The notes under the pieces were generated by a model. It did not search any database, was not told the DNA's origin, and saw nothing but the letters and a program-made list of their open reading frames with translations. DNA of 64,000 nt from positions 12,698 to 76,697 of the forward strand of contig CACWJQ010000014.1 of assembly GCA_902761225.1 (NCBI GenBank). The letters run 5' to 3'. The translations under genes were made by a program, and so were the position numbers. This DNA is from an uncultured Lachnospiraceae bacterium (GTDB lineage Bacteria; Bacillota; Clostridia; Lachnospirales; Lachnospiraceae). Of this stretch, positions 1-9,373 are shown piece after piece; within the stretch, counting starts at the first letter, position 1; each line of letters begins with the position of its first letter.

Positions 1-275
1 ATTATCGAGCACAGGTCGCAGGTGGCATCAGTGGCAAAAATCTGGCCCCTGAAGCCTCTTGCATACAGAAGGGGAAGAAGTCCCGAGTGATCGATATGTG
101 CATGGGTAAGGAATACATAGTCGATATGTGCCTCAGGCACAGGGAGGGGAACATTCTCAAAAGTATCTATTCCCTGCTCCATTCCGTAATCCACAAGAAT
201 GTTCTTGCCGCATGCTTCGAGAAAATGGCAGCTTCCAGTTACTTCATGCGTGGCTCCTACAAAGATAAGCTTCAT
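1..275 (-). CDS. MBL-fold metallo-hydrolase (RNA-processing beta-CASP type), N-terminal part; runs off the window
   Basis: Not in the ORF track. Manual translation from ATG at 275 (RBS AAGGAGG): MKLIFVGATHEVTGSCHFLEACGKNILVDYGMEQG...VFLTHAHIDHSGLLP, which has the HxHxDH metallo-beta-lactamase motif. Confidence 0.9.
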   Translation of the reverse strand, partial: MKLIFVGATHEVTGSCHFLEACGKNILVDYGMEQGIDTFENVPLPVPEAHIDYVFLTHAHIDHSGLLPLLYARGFRGQIFATDATCDLCSI

Positions 276-313
276 AGACTGCCTCCTTTTACATAAGAGT
301 TAAGAACCTTTTA

Positions 314-1459
314 TCAATCTGTAACACCGGCATCTTCAAGAGTTCTGGGCATCTGTCTGGGAACATCTGCCAGATACCATACACCGTCTCTCTTAATGAA
401 TACCCATACGGCATCGCTTCCCTCGTTCTTGGTCTGGTATGCCGTGGAATTGAACTTTACAACAAGGTCGAACACGATATCTGCGGATACACAGTTATCG
501 CAGTATGTTACGAAATTATCCGCGCTCACATTGTAATAATTATATGACGTGATCCTCGAGGTCGGATAGAAATTGGTCATGGCTGTGGAAAGCGATGCCC
601 TGTATTCCGAATCGGGAAGCAGATAATTATATACTGCGCTGCTGCTGACTCCGATGAAATGCTTTCCGTAAGCCTCTACGATGGACGGAAGTATTGCATT
701 TATCTCGTCTGCTACGCTGTTATCAGTCTGAAGAGGTGCGGAATAGCTGGTCCCTTCACAGGTAAGATCTACAGGTGTGCCGTCGGCTGTTCTTGCGGAT
801 ACGACCGGGTTAGACCACAGTCCCGATACCTGATAAGTGGTAAATGTGGGCACATATGTCATGTACTGGGTGACGTTCTGTATCAGATCGATACCCTTTA
901 CCACATCGTTACCGTTCTCATCCTTCATGATGTCTGCAGGTCCGAGGTCTCTTCCGGAAACATTCACGATGACATCCGTAGGAACCGTGATGGTATACAC
1001 ATCATTACAGGTCAGATATGCATCGGGATAGAACTTATCGCAGCCCCAGAGATTCATATTGTAATCATTCTGACCAATGACCTTGAGAGTGACATCGATA
1101 ACAGGCTCTCCCGCTGCCTTGATCACGTATCTGGGAACCTCCGCGGAGGAAAGAGGCGATTCTTCAACAGTCACTTCCTTGCCTACTATGAGTTCCTTGA
1201 TATGTGCTTCGTAATCGAAAATATTATAATATGCCGAATCGGTAACCAGATTATCCTTGGACATCACGGTCTCGATGGCTCCGGTCTCAAATGCGGCCCT
1301 GACCTCTGCAATCCCGGTACCGGGAAGAGAGGTCTCATATGCGGTGAGATACCCGTTGAACCAGCGCAGGAAAAAGAATATTCCGATGCATCCCAGGATA
1401 AAATAGATCAAGAGTCCAACTCCGAAAAAGCTCTTTTTAGTACGGTTATCTCTGCTCAT
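314..1459 (-). CDS. Hypothetical membrane-anchored extracellular protein
   Basis: 381-aa ORF with one N-terminal hydrophobic helix; its start overlaps the stop of the upstream gene. Confidence 0.75.
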   Translation of the reverse strand: MSRDNRTKKSFFGVGLLIYFILGCIGIFFFLRWFNGYLTAYETSLPGTGIAEVRAAFETGAIETVMSKDNLVTDSAYYNIFDYEAHIKELIVGKEVTVEESPLSSAEVPRYVIKAAGEPVIDVTLKVIGQNDYNMNLWGCDKFYPDAYLTCNDVYTITVPTDVIVNVSGRDLGPADIMKDENGNDVVKGIDLIQNVTQYMTYVPTFTTYQVSGLWSNPVVSARTADGTPVDLTCEGTSYSAPLQTDNSVADEINAILPSIVEAYGKHFIGVSSSAVYNYLLPDSEYRASLSTAMTNFYPTSRITSYNYYNVSADNFVTYCDNCVSADIVFDLVVKFNSTAYQTKNEGSDAVWVFIKRDGVWYLADVPRQMPRTLEDAGVTD

Positions 1460-2574
1460 CAGTTTCCCTCCCTCATAAGTGCAAGTGCATCGTAGGAGGA
1501 ATTAGCCTCGGTGCTCATGATAAGAAATGCAGTGGGACATCTTCTGGGTCCCGTGGGTGAATAAGGATTGTTGACTGTTATTCCGTTATACTCCATCTGA
1601 GTTGAGGTACCACCGTCAAGGCAGGCGGCATTAACGGCACCGTAATCCTGCATGATATCTATCATCTCCTTGAAGGTTGCTCCAAGGCTGGATGCCTGAC
1701 GTCCGTCAATGACGCACATAAGGATCGCACCGTCGGAACGCTGGCCGATTGCGGTACGGGGATTCTTGCCTCCGCCGTATACATCCACACTGGGAACCTC
1801 GAGAGGTTCACCGTCTATGATAAGGAATGGGCCTGTCTCATGCTTTACGTGGACGGCATCCCTTACGTTCATCTCAAGTGCCTGCTGTACGGAATATCCC
1901 TTGAGAAGGATAAGCTTATTGTCATTGGTCAGGCATACAAGATTCCACTTGCCGATATTGTTATTCTCATATACGGGCTGTCCCTGTGAGATAACTCCTC
2001 CCACAGGACATGCGGTATAGCTGTAGGATCCCATATCCACGAACTCACCGCCGTTGACACCGCCGATAGCTCCGTAACGGTCACAGAACTTCTTGACCAC
2101 ATCTCCGTCGGTCTGGGCAAAACGCTCCACCGTTCCCACAAATACAGTCGAAGGATCCTGGATTATCATCATATATCCGTGATAGGTTCCGCCGTTTATC
2201 TCCTCAATGATGAGAGGCTTAACGTTCTCGTCCACCACCGTCTCATCGGGAATCACGATAAGTTCTGTATTGGATGCGGTACCTTCAGCCGCTTCGGGCA
2301 TGGTGTTTTCCGCGATGATCTTCTGGAATTCATCATTTCCTAGGAAAAGCTTGGGAAGCCACTTAAGAGCGCTGGTCTCATATGCGAACATTGCAAACTG
2401 GCTTCTGAACGCGGGGCTGGGACCGTGCATCGCAAGGAAGCAGGCTCCCACAAGCAGGATAAGGACGAGAAGTAAGGTGACTCCGATAACTGCAAGAGAC
2501 CTTAAGAGAATTTTGAGTACGATCTTCAGAGTACGTACTCCCGATGATGATTTCTTTTCACCTTGACTGGACAT
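1459..2574 (-). CDS. Phosphodiester glycosidase family protein (NAGPA/DUF2233-like)
   Basis: N-terminal TM helix; motifs NGGEF, PRTAIGQ, DGRQ and LDGGTST. Confidence 0.8.
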   Translation of the reverse strand: MSSQGEKKSSSGVRTLKIVLKILLRSLAVIGVTLLLVLILLVGACFLAMHGPSPAFRSQFAMFAYETSALKWLPKLFLGNDEFQKIIAENTMPEAAEGTASNTELIVIPDETVVDENVKPLIIEEINGGTYHGYMMIIQDPSTVFVGTVERFAQTDGDVVKKFCDRYGAIGGVNGGEFVDMGSYSYTACPVGGVISQGQPVYENNNIGKWNLVCLTNDNKLILLKGYSVQQALEMNVRDAVHVKHETGPFLIIDGEPLEVPSVDVYGGGKNPRTAIGQRSDGAILMCVIDGRQASSLGATFKEMIDIMQDYGAVNAACLDGGTSTQMEYNGITVNNPYSPTGPRRCPTAFLIMSTEANSSYDALALMREGN

Positions 2575-2593
2575 TTAATACATACAACCTTTC

Positions 2594-3664
2594 TTACTTA
2601 TTCTTGAAAACCCAGTTTCTCTGGATCTTAAAGCTTACAAAAAACAGACATGTATCGACAACCGCCTTCAGGAGAGTCTTGAGCCAGTCGCTGTTTACCC
2701 TTAAAACCGTGGTAAGCAGTGCGACCAGTCCTAAGGATGCTCCAAGCTGGCACAGAGCAAGTATGGTATACCTCAGGGCACTTTTACCGGTATTGCCGCT
2801 GTGCCCGAAGACTGCCTTTTTGTTGACGATGAAATTGCAGGCCGCAGAGATGATACGTGCAACGGTCCCCGCTATCGTTCCCCTCGATGCTTCGGATATG
2901 ATTGCGGGTATGAAAAAGAGTATCACCCTGAAAGCAACAAGGTCTATTATACACGATAATACGGAACTTGCGGCAAATTTCAGGATCACTCCGTAAATCC
3001 TTGCAGAATCCCTCAAGGGGTGGAAATGTGAGGTCTGATTATCGTCTATATATACCGTCTCTATCGGGACCTCGGAATATGGAATGGAGTCCGATCCTAT
3101 CTTAAGAAGCTGGTTGGTCTCATATTCATATCTGTCTCCGTCCACATGAGTCATATACTCAAGAAGTGATGCCGGGACCGCCCTGAGACCTGTCTGGGTA
3201 TCCGAGACCTTTATACCGCACACATAACGGAATACATTCCTGGTTATCACATTTCCCAGCCTGCTCCTGAAGGGAACCTGAGGAAGGGAAAAGTCCCTGC
3301 ATCCTATGATAAATGCCTTCTTTTCAACCATGGCATCTATACACTTTGCGGCATCAACCGGTGTATGCTGTCCGTCACCGTCAACCGTCACGACTCCGAG
3401 GGAATCCGGCCTTTCCCTGAGAACATACTCAAAGGCAGTCTTCATCGCTCTTCCCTTGCCCTTATTTACTTCGTGGACAAGCACCGTAACCTTATCGGGG
3501 AAACTCTCCTTTATCCTGTCGAACTCACCTGAATGCTTTTCATCCGATCCGTCATCAACCAGTATGACATCCGTGAAGCCCTTCTCTATCATTCCCTGCG
3601 CTGTCTTAAAGAGCTTCTCATCGGGATTCAGCGAAGGGATTATAACCTGAACATTATCGTACAT
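2594..3664 (-). CDS. Bifunctional GT2 glycosyltransferase / GtrA-like flippase
   Basis: IIPSLNP, VDDGS, NKGKG, DGDGQH and DTQTGLR GT2 motifs, then four C-terminal hydrophobic helices. Start moved to MYDN (3664). Confidence 0.85.
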   Translation of the reverse strand: MYDNVQVIIPSLNPDEKLFKTAQGMIEKGFTDVILVDDGSDEKHSGEFDRIKESFPDKVTVLVHEVNKGKGRAMKTAFEYVLRERPDSLGVVTVDGDGQHTPVDAAKCIDAMVEKKAFIIGCRDFSLPQVPFRSRLGNVITRNVFRYVCGIKVSDTQTGLRAVPASLLEYMTHVDGDRYEYETNQLLKIGSDSIPYSEVPIETVYIDDNQTSHFHPLRDSARIYGVILKFAASSVLSCIIDLVAFRVILFFIPAIISEASRGTIAGTVARIISAACNFIVNKKAVFGHSGNTGKSALRYTILALCQLGASLGLVALLTTVLRVNSDWLKTLLKAVVDTCLFFVSFKIQRNWVFKNK

Positions 3665-3723
3665 AAAAACCTCATTTTGTGTTATCATTAAGCCTATCAA
3701 TCAATACGAAAGGAATATACAAA

Positions 3724-4353
3724 ATGGACGCACTCTTACACATGCAGTGGGATGATCAGTTCCTTCTTTTCCTTCAGGAAAATGTCAGAAACGATGTTCT
3801 CACGCCCATCATGAAATTCATCACTCACCTTGGAGACAAGGGAATCCTCTGGATACTTATCGCAGTTCTCCTCTGCTGCTTCAAGAAGACCAGACCCATC
3901 GGGATTATGGCAGGTATCGCACTTGCAATGTCAGTTATTATCAACAATGCGATCCTCAAAAACCTTGTTGCAAGACCCAGGCCCTATCTTCCCGAAACCG
4001 TAGGCGGTCAGGGACTTAAGCTTCTCATCGAAGAACAGGACGACTGGTCATTCCCTTCGGGACATTCGGGAGCATCCTTTGCAGCTGCTGTGGTCTTCCT
4101 TGTAAAGAGCCCCAAAAAATTCGGAATACCTGCGATCATCATGGCATCCCTTATAGCTTTCTCAAGACTTTATGTCGGAGTTCATTATCCCACCGATGTA
4201 TTGGCAGGCATCATCACCGGAACCTTCTGTGCGATAATCTCATTCATGATCTGGAAGATCGTAGAGAATAAAGCATCCGTTAAGATGGCAGGTCTTCTCG
4301 GCATTAAAGCAAAGCCTGAAAATGCGGGATCCGATACAGAAACAAAAGCCTGA
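3724..4353 (+). CDS. PAP2-family phosphatase (probable undecaprenyl-pyrophosphate phosphatase)
   Basis: KNLVARPRP, SFPSGH and SRLYVGVHYPTD acid-phosphatase motifs. Start MDALL follows an RBS-like GAAAGGA. Confidence 0.85.
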   Translation: MDALLHMQWDDQFLLFLQENVRNDVLTPIMKFITHLGDKGILWILIAVLLCCFKKTRPIGIMAGIALAMSVIINNAILKNLVARPRPYLPETVGGQGLKLLIEEQDDWSFPSGHSGASFAAAVVFLVKSPKKFGIPAIIMASLIAFSRLYVGVHYPTDVLAGIITGTFCAIISFMIWKIVENKASVKMAGLLGIKAKPENAGSDTETKA

Positions 4354-4373
4354 AAAAATTTTTTAAAATTTTG

Positions 4374-4402
4374 TTGACAACAAGTCTGCTTTTTAGTATA
4401 TT
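4374..4402 (+). promoter_or_regulatory. Sigma-A promoter of tRNA-Gly
   Basis: TTGACA (4374-4379), 17-bp spacer, TATATT (4397-4402). Confidence 0.85.
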
Positions 4403-4429
4403 AACTTTTGTCGTGCGAAAGCAGACAAT

Positions 4430-4502
4430 GCGACAGTAGCTTAGTTGGTAAAGCGCCACCTTGCCAAGGTGGAGACCGCGGGTTCGAGCCCCGTCTGTCG
4501 CT
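4430..4502 (+). tRNA. tRNA-Gly (GCC); CCA not encoded
   Basis: Cloverleaf: acceptor GCGACAG/CTGTCGC, D stem GCTT/AAGC, anticodon arm CCACC-TTGCCAA-GGTGG, T arm GCGGG-TTCGAGC-CCCGT, discriminator T. Confidence 0.95.
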
Positions 4503-4509
4503 TTTTTTT

Positions 4510-4542
4510 ATTCCTCAGGATCAGGTTCTGAGGAATTTTTTT
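4510..4542 (+). terminator. Intrinsic terminator after tRNA-Gly
   Basis: ATTCCTCAGGA...TTCTGAGGAAT stem followed by a T run. Confidence 0.75.
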
Positions 4543-4587
4543 ATCCTCAGGGGGCGGCCATGATGATGAGCACCGCCCCCGTTTTGT

Positions 4588-6612
4588 TTAGTACTGGACT
4601 CCGGTAAGATCCACACCCATGGCCTGGGCTTCAGCCTCATACTCTGCCCTGAACTGCTCCAAAGCATCTGCGTATCTGATACGGTATATCCTTACCAGCG
4701 CATCGTTGATCCTCTCTTCAGAGATCACACCGCTTCCCACAGCCTCGATAATACCCTCAGCAGCAGCCTTGGGATCGGGTGATGAGTAGATCATGTCACA
4801 GCCTGCCTTAAGGGCCATTACAGCGCTTTCAGAAGCCGTATAGTAGGATGTTATGGCTGCATCGCTCAAAGGGCCGCTAATGATGACTCCGTCGTACTTA
4901 AGTTCATCCCTGAGAACTCCGGTAACGGTCTTGTCCGAGATTGTCGAAGGAAGGGAATCGCTGTCGATGGAAGGATAGATGACATTACTCATCTGGATCA
5001 TCCTGGCACCTGCATTTATGGCAGAAAGCCATACCTGGAACTCATTGCTCCTGAAATCCTCAAGCGTTCTGTCGCTTACAGCTCTTCCGTTTGCGGGATT
5101 CTGTGTCGTTGCGGCAAGTGAAGGAAAGTACCTGTAAGCTGCCACAACTCCACTCTGATAAAGCCCCTCTGCCATGCCTGTAACATAAGGGGTGATGGAA
5201 GCTGCATCGCTGCCGTAGCATGTGCCTGCCATGACTCCTCCGTTCGTAACGGCCAGATCGGCAAGAGGTGCAAAGTTAACGGTTATTCCCACGGAACCCA
5301 GTCCGGTACCGATGGCAGCACCTGTAGATACAACTTCTTCCACGTTACCGCCCTCAGCAGCCTGTGCAGGTGTAAGAACAGACTCTATGATCCCGGCCTT
5401 GATGAGTCCGGATTCATCCATTCCCGTCTCTGTAGTGGCAAGAAATACGGGATGATCCACAAGAGTCAGTGTAGTCTCCATCATGGTGCGGAACTGATCT
5501 GCAGAGGTCACATTTTTGGCGGAATACACTATACCGCCGGGGTTGAATTCCGAAAGAGCATTAGCCGTTCCCTCACCGGCGATAACAACACGGTCAACTC
5601 CCGTTATCGATTCGGGAGTTATGAACATGATAGCCTGAACCTTCTCTTCAAGAGTCATATTCGCTATCTCGGATTCTATGACCTCATCGAGACGCTGCAT
5701 AGGAGTCTGACCGAGGTCCGCTACAGTGGGTGCGGGAGGCACATCCTCCACTGACTGCTGCTGAGCCTGAGCAGCTGCCGCCTCCTCTTCAAGCTGCTGC
5801 TGAAGAGCCGCCTGCTCCTGTGCCAGTGCTTCAGCCTGTCTTTGATGCGATACACTCACGATCTTCTTCACGGCGAAGAATATTCCGCATCCTATAGCTG
5901 CAAGGATAAGGAGAAGGATAAGATATGCCGTGAACTGCTGGCGGATCCTTCTCTTATGTCTGGCTTCGCGTCTGATCCTCTCGTTCTCCGACTGTTCCCT
6001 GAGAGCATTTCTGCTGACCTTGGAATCCCGGGACTTCTTCCTGTCGTCCTCATCGGATTCGTCATCCTCCGAATCTTTGTCGTCATCGGATCTCTCTTCA
6101 TCAGACTTATCTTCGCCGGATCTCTCTTTGTCGGATTTTTCTTTATCGGATTTTTCTTTGTCAGACTTATCCTCATCTGACTTATCTTCATCCGGCTTAT
6201 CTTCATCTGACTTTTCTTCGTCAGCTTTGGATTTCTTATCCGAGTCTTCTGCAGCTTCTGATTCTGATGATGTATCATCTGCAGCTGCTCCGGCTGTCTT
6301 TTCGGCATCCGCATTTCCTTCGGATGTACTTTCGGGATCAGGCTCGGCAGATACACCGCCTTCGGCTGATGCTGCTTCCCGGGTTTCTTCAGCAAATGCA
6401 ATATCTTCAGAAACAGCGTTTTCGGTATTTTCCTCAGCCTGAGCCTCTTTGGAAACGGGCTCTGCCTCATCGAAATCCGACAGATCGAATGTCAGCTCCT
6501 GAGTATAATCTTCGACATTATCACCTGCAGAGCCTTCATTTACCGTCTTCTGCTGCTCCCTGATCTCTTCTTTAGATTGGTTATTCCTGTTTTTCTTCTT
6601 ATGTCTGCTCAA
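4588..6612 (-). CDS. Membrane-anchored GH3 (NagZ-like) domain protein with a long acidic N-terminus; catalytic residues degenerate
   Basis: C-terminal half follows the GH3 N-domain pattern (MTLEEKV, NFAPLADL, LRDELKYDGVII, ALKAGCDMI, ISEERINDALVRI). One TM helix; D/E/K/S-rich N-terminus. Confidence 0.8.
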   Translation of the reverse strand: MSRHKKKNRNNQSKEEIREQQKTVNEGSAGDNVEDYTQELTFDLSDFDEAEPVSKEAQAEENTENAVSEDIAFAEETREAASAEGGVSAEPDPESTSEGNADAEKTAGAAADDTSSESEAAEDSDKKSKADEEKSDEDKPDEDKSDEDKSDKEKSDKEKSDKERSGEDKSDEERSDDDKDSEDDESDEDDRKKSRDSKVSRNALREQSENERIRREARHKRRIRQQFTAYLILLLILAAIGCGIFFAVKKIVSVSHQRQAEALAQEQAALQQQLEEEAAAAQAQQQSVEDVPPAPTVADLGQTPMQRLDEVIESEIANMTLEEKVQAIMFITPESITGVDRVVIAGEGTANALSEFNPGGIVYSAKNVTSADQFRTMMETTLTLVDHPVFLATTETGMDESGLIKAGIIESVLTPAQAAEGGNVEEVVSTGAAIGTGLGSVGITVNFAPLADLAVTNGGVMAGTCYGSDAASITPYVTGMAEGLYQSGVVAAYRYFPSLAATTQNPANGRAVSDRTLEDFRSNEFQVWLSAINAGARMIQMSNVIYPSIDSDSLPSTISDKTVTGVLRDELKYDGVIISGPLSDAAITSYYTASESAVMALKAGCDMIYSSPDPKAAAEGIIEAVGSGVISEERINDALVRIYRIRYADALEQFRAEYEAEAQAMGVDLTGVQY
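6089..6222 (-). repeat. Imperfect 15-bp tandem repeat encoding (E/K)(D/E)KSD pentapeptides
   Basis: Protein reads EEKSD EDKPD EDKSD EDKSD KEKSD KEKSD KERSG EDKSD EERSD. Confidence 0.8.
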
Positions 6613-6670
6613 TTTGTTTTCTCCGGATTATAGAGCTGGTCATAAAAAATGTGTTCTTCCTACAAACAGA

Positions 6671-6700
6671 ATCTGTATCCGGCAGATGCCGGATACAGAT
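6671..6700 (-). terminator. Hairpin downstream of lysC
   Basis: Perfect 14-bp inverted repeat ATCTGTATCCGGCA-GA-TGCCGGATACAGAT. Confidence 0.7.
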
Positions 6701-6709
6701 ACCTGGTCA

Positions 6710-8032
6710 TTATAGCTTGGTCTCTACAAAGATGTCGTAGATCGCCTTGATGGCTGTCTCGAAATCCGAGTTTGCAACACCTATGATGATATTGATCTCG
6801 GAGGATCCCTGATCGATCATCTTGACATTCACATGTGCGTGTGCAAGTGCCGAGAATATCCTTCCCGCAGTACCTCTTGTGGACTTCATTCCGCGTCCCA
6901 CAACAGCGATGAGCGCAAGATCGGATTCGATGTCGATCACGTCGGGATCAGTCATTCTGCGGATAGCTGAGACTACGCTCTGCTCCTTATCCCTGAACTC
7001 ATCCTGATGGACGAATACGGTCATGGTATCGATTCCGGAAGGGAGATGCTCGAAGGAGATGTTGTTCTCCTCAAATGCCTGAAGCACTCTTCTTCCGAAG
7101 CCTATCTCGGAGTTCATCATGTCCTTGTCCACATTGACTGCACAGAAGCCCTTCTTGCCTGCGATACCGGTGATGACATACTTGGACTTCTTGGATGTGG
7201 TCTCTACGATCCATGTTCCGTCATCGGAAGGATCGTTGGTATTCCTGATGTTGATGGGGATGCCTTCCTGTCTTACAGGGAAAATAGCATCTTCATGAAG
7301 CACGCCTGCGCCCATGTATGCCAGCTCTCTGAGCTCTCTGTATGTGATGGTCTCGATCTTGGCGGGATTGCTGATGATCCTGGGATCTGCGATAAGGAAT
7401 CCGGATACATCGGTCCAGTTCTCATAGACATCGGCATGGATGGCTCTTGCAACTATGGAACCTGTAATGTCGGATCCTCCCCTTGAGAAGGTCTTGACGG
7501 TGCCGTCTGCATACGCGCCGTAGAATCCGGGTATAACGGCATTCTGAACCTTTTCAAGCTTCTTGCTGAGATTCTTATAAGTCTTCTCGGGATCATAGTT
7601 CTCGGTCTTCTTGTCGAAAATGATATAATCGGCGGGATCGAGGAATTCATATCCGAGATAAGCGGCCATAATGTGACCGTTCAGGAATTCACCTCTGGAT
7701 GCCGCATAGTCTTTGTCGGCTCCTGCCTTAAGATCTGCTGCGATCTTATCGAATTCCTTAGTCAGATCGAGCTTAAGTCCGAGGCCCTTGATTATCTCGT
7801 CGTATCTTGCGCGGATATCGGCAAGTACCTTGGAAAAGCTCCTCTCATCGGATACACTTCCGTGAAGATTGTAGAGCATATCGGTTACCTTGGTATCTCT
7901 CGGAGATCTCTTACCGGGAGCTGAAGGAACCACATATCTTCTCTCGCTGTCGGCTCTTATTATGTCACCGACCTTCTTGAACTGCTCGGCTGATGCAAGA
8001 GAACTTCCGCCGAATTTTACTACCTTAGCCAT
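6710..8032 (-). CDS. lysC: Aspartate kinase
   Basis: KFGGSS, VPSAPG, SRGGSDITG and WTDV motifs, plus two C-terminal ACT domains. Confidence 0.95.
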   Translation of the reverse strand: MAKVVKFGGSSLASAEQFKKVGDIIRADSERRYVVPSAPGKRSPRDTKVTDMLYNLHGSVSDERSFSKVLADIRARYDEIIKGLGLKLDLTKEFDKIAADLKAGADKDYAASRGEFLNGHIMAAYLGYEFLDPADYIIFDKKTENYDPEKTYKNLSKKLEKVQNAVIPGFYGAYADGTVKTFSRGGSDITGSIVARAIHADVYENWTDVSGFLIADPRIISNPAKIETITYRELRELAYMGAGVLHEDAIFPVRQEGIPINIRNTNDPSDDGTWIVETTSKKSKYVITGIAGKKGFCAVNVDKDMMNSEIGFGRRVLQAFEENNISFEHLPSGIDTMTVFVHQDEFRDKEQSVVSAIRRMTDPDVIDIESDLALIAVVGRGMKSTRGTAGRIFSALAHAHVNVKMIDQGSSEINIIIGVANSDFETAIKAIYDIFVETKL

Positions 8033-8060
8033 CTTTACCTGAACCTCTTAATCATTAATC

Positions 8061-9269
8061 TCATTCATATACTCTGATACTGTTAAGTACTGCATCGCCC
8101 AGCTTCGCAAGCCTTGCCTCGAACTCGGCTCCGCTCAGTGTCTCGGTGATGAATCCGGATTCACCGCCGAACTTTCCGATACGGCATCCTCCGGGGAACT
8201 GTGCCTGAACATCATCGAACTTCTCTTCAGGGCATCTGACATAATACTTAAACTCAAGATCATCTGCGGGTGTAGCCTTGACAGGTGTCTCATCCCATCC
8301 CTGATACATGGTGGATGAACCCTTTCTCGCCGCATCTATGACATCGGCCACAACCGCACTGGCAGTCGCAAGCTTTCCTGCGCCCTTGCCGTAGTACATG
8401 GTCTCGCCGAGCATGTTGCCGGTTACGTATATTGCATTGAAGACATCACATACGCCTGCCAGGGGATGACCCTTTTTCACAAGGAAAGGTGCTACAAATG
8501 CAGCCACTGAATCATCTTCACTCCTGTCAGCAATACCGAGAAGCCTGATGGAGAAACCGGCCTCCTTAGCAAGTGTGATATCCGTGGCGGTGATACCGGT
8601 GATACCCGTAGTCTTCACTGCATCGGAATCGGTAAAATGTCCCGACATGATGTCGGAAAGGATCGATATCTTTCTTGCCGTATCGTGGCCTTCTATGTCA
8701 GCGGTAGGATCCTTCTCGGCATATCCGAGTTCCTGGGCTTTCCTGAGCGTCTCATCGAAATCAGCTCCATCCTCCTCCATCCTGGTGAGGATAAAGTTGG
8801 TGGTTCCGTTAAGGATACCTGCGATCTTAGTGATCCTCTCCGCGGTGAGAGCAGTGGTAAGGGTCCTGAGAACAGGGATTCCGCCTCCCACACTTGCTTC
8901 GAAGAGATATGCACAGCCGTTTTCCCTGGCGATGCGCATAAGCTCTGCACCATGCTTTGCTACGAGCTCCTTATTGGAACTGCATACGCTCTTGCCCTTT
9001 TCGAGAGCCATTTTCGTGAACTTGTAAGCAGCTCCCACTCCTCCCATGGTCTCACAGCAGATGGACACTTCATCATCGTTGATGATCGTCTCTACATCGT
9101 GGACAAGCTTGGATTCATAAGGATCTCCCGGAAATTCACGAAGATCGAGGATATACTTTACGCTTACCTTGTCACCTGAGTTGGCGGAGACATAAGAGTT
9201 ATTGCGCTCTATGACCTCCACGACTCCGCTTCCTACGGTTCCATAACCAAATACAGCAACATGTACCAT
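8061..9269 (-). CDS. hom: Homoserine dehydrogenase
   Basis: GYGTVGSG, SNK, FEASVGGGIP, GILNGTTN and GYAEKDPTADIEG motifs. Confidence 0.95.
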   Translation of the reverse strand: MVHVAVFGYGTVGSGVVEVIERNNSYVSANSGDKVSVKYILDLREFPGDPYESKLVHDVETIINDDEVSICCETMGGVGAAYKFTKMALEKGKSVCSSNKELVAKHGAELMRIARENGCAYLFEASVGGGIPVLRTLTTALTAERITKIAGILNGTTNFILTRMEEDGADFDETLRKAQELGYAEKDPTADIEGHDTARKISILSDIMSGHFTDSDAVKTTGITGITATDITLAKEAGFSIRLLGIADRSEDDSVAAFVAPFLVKKGHPLAGVCDVFNAIYVTGNMLGETMYYGKGAGKLATASAVVADVIDAARKGSSTMYQGWDETPVKATPADDLEFKYYVRCPEEKFDDVQAQFPGGCRIGKFGGESGFITETLSGAEFEARLAKLGDAVLNSIRVYE

Positions 9270-9373
9270 TTCATTCTCCAGTCAATTCATCAATCCCGCC
9301 GGAGGCTGCCATGGGAAAGAGCAGCTGCCTCCGCACGGGACTGTTTATTTCTATGGGGCAGGTTCAAAACTCC

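Noticed and set aside
87-296. 69-aa plus-strand ORF
   Set aside because: It is the antisense shadow of a clear minus-strand MBL hydrolase starting at 275.
659-1495. 278-aa plus-strand ORF; likewise long antisense ORFs at 27655-28617, 30482-31564, 46679-47050 and others
   Set aside because: They lie opposite well-supported genes, have no motifs or RBS, and are expected from codon bias.
4430-4502. tRNA-Gly as an integration site
   Set aside because: There is no nearby integrase, 3'-end duplication or composition shift.
5892-6470. Overlapping 192-aa and Ser-rich 170-aa ORFs
   Set aside because: They are alternative frames of the low-complexity repeat tract, which is depleted in stop codons.
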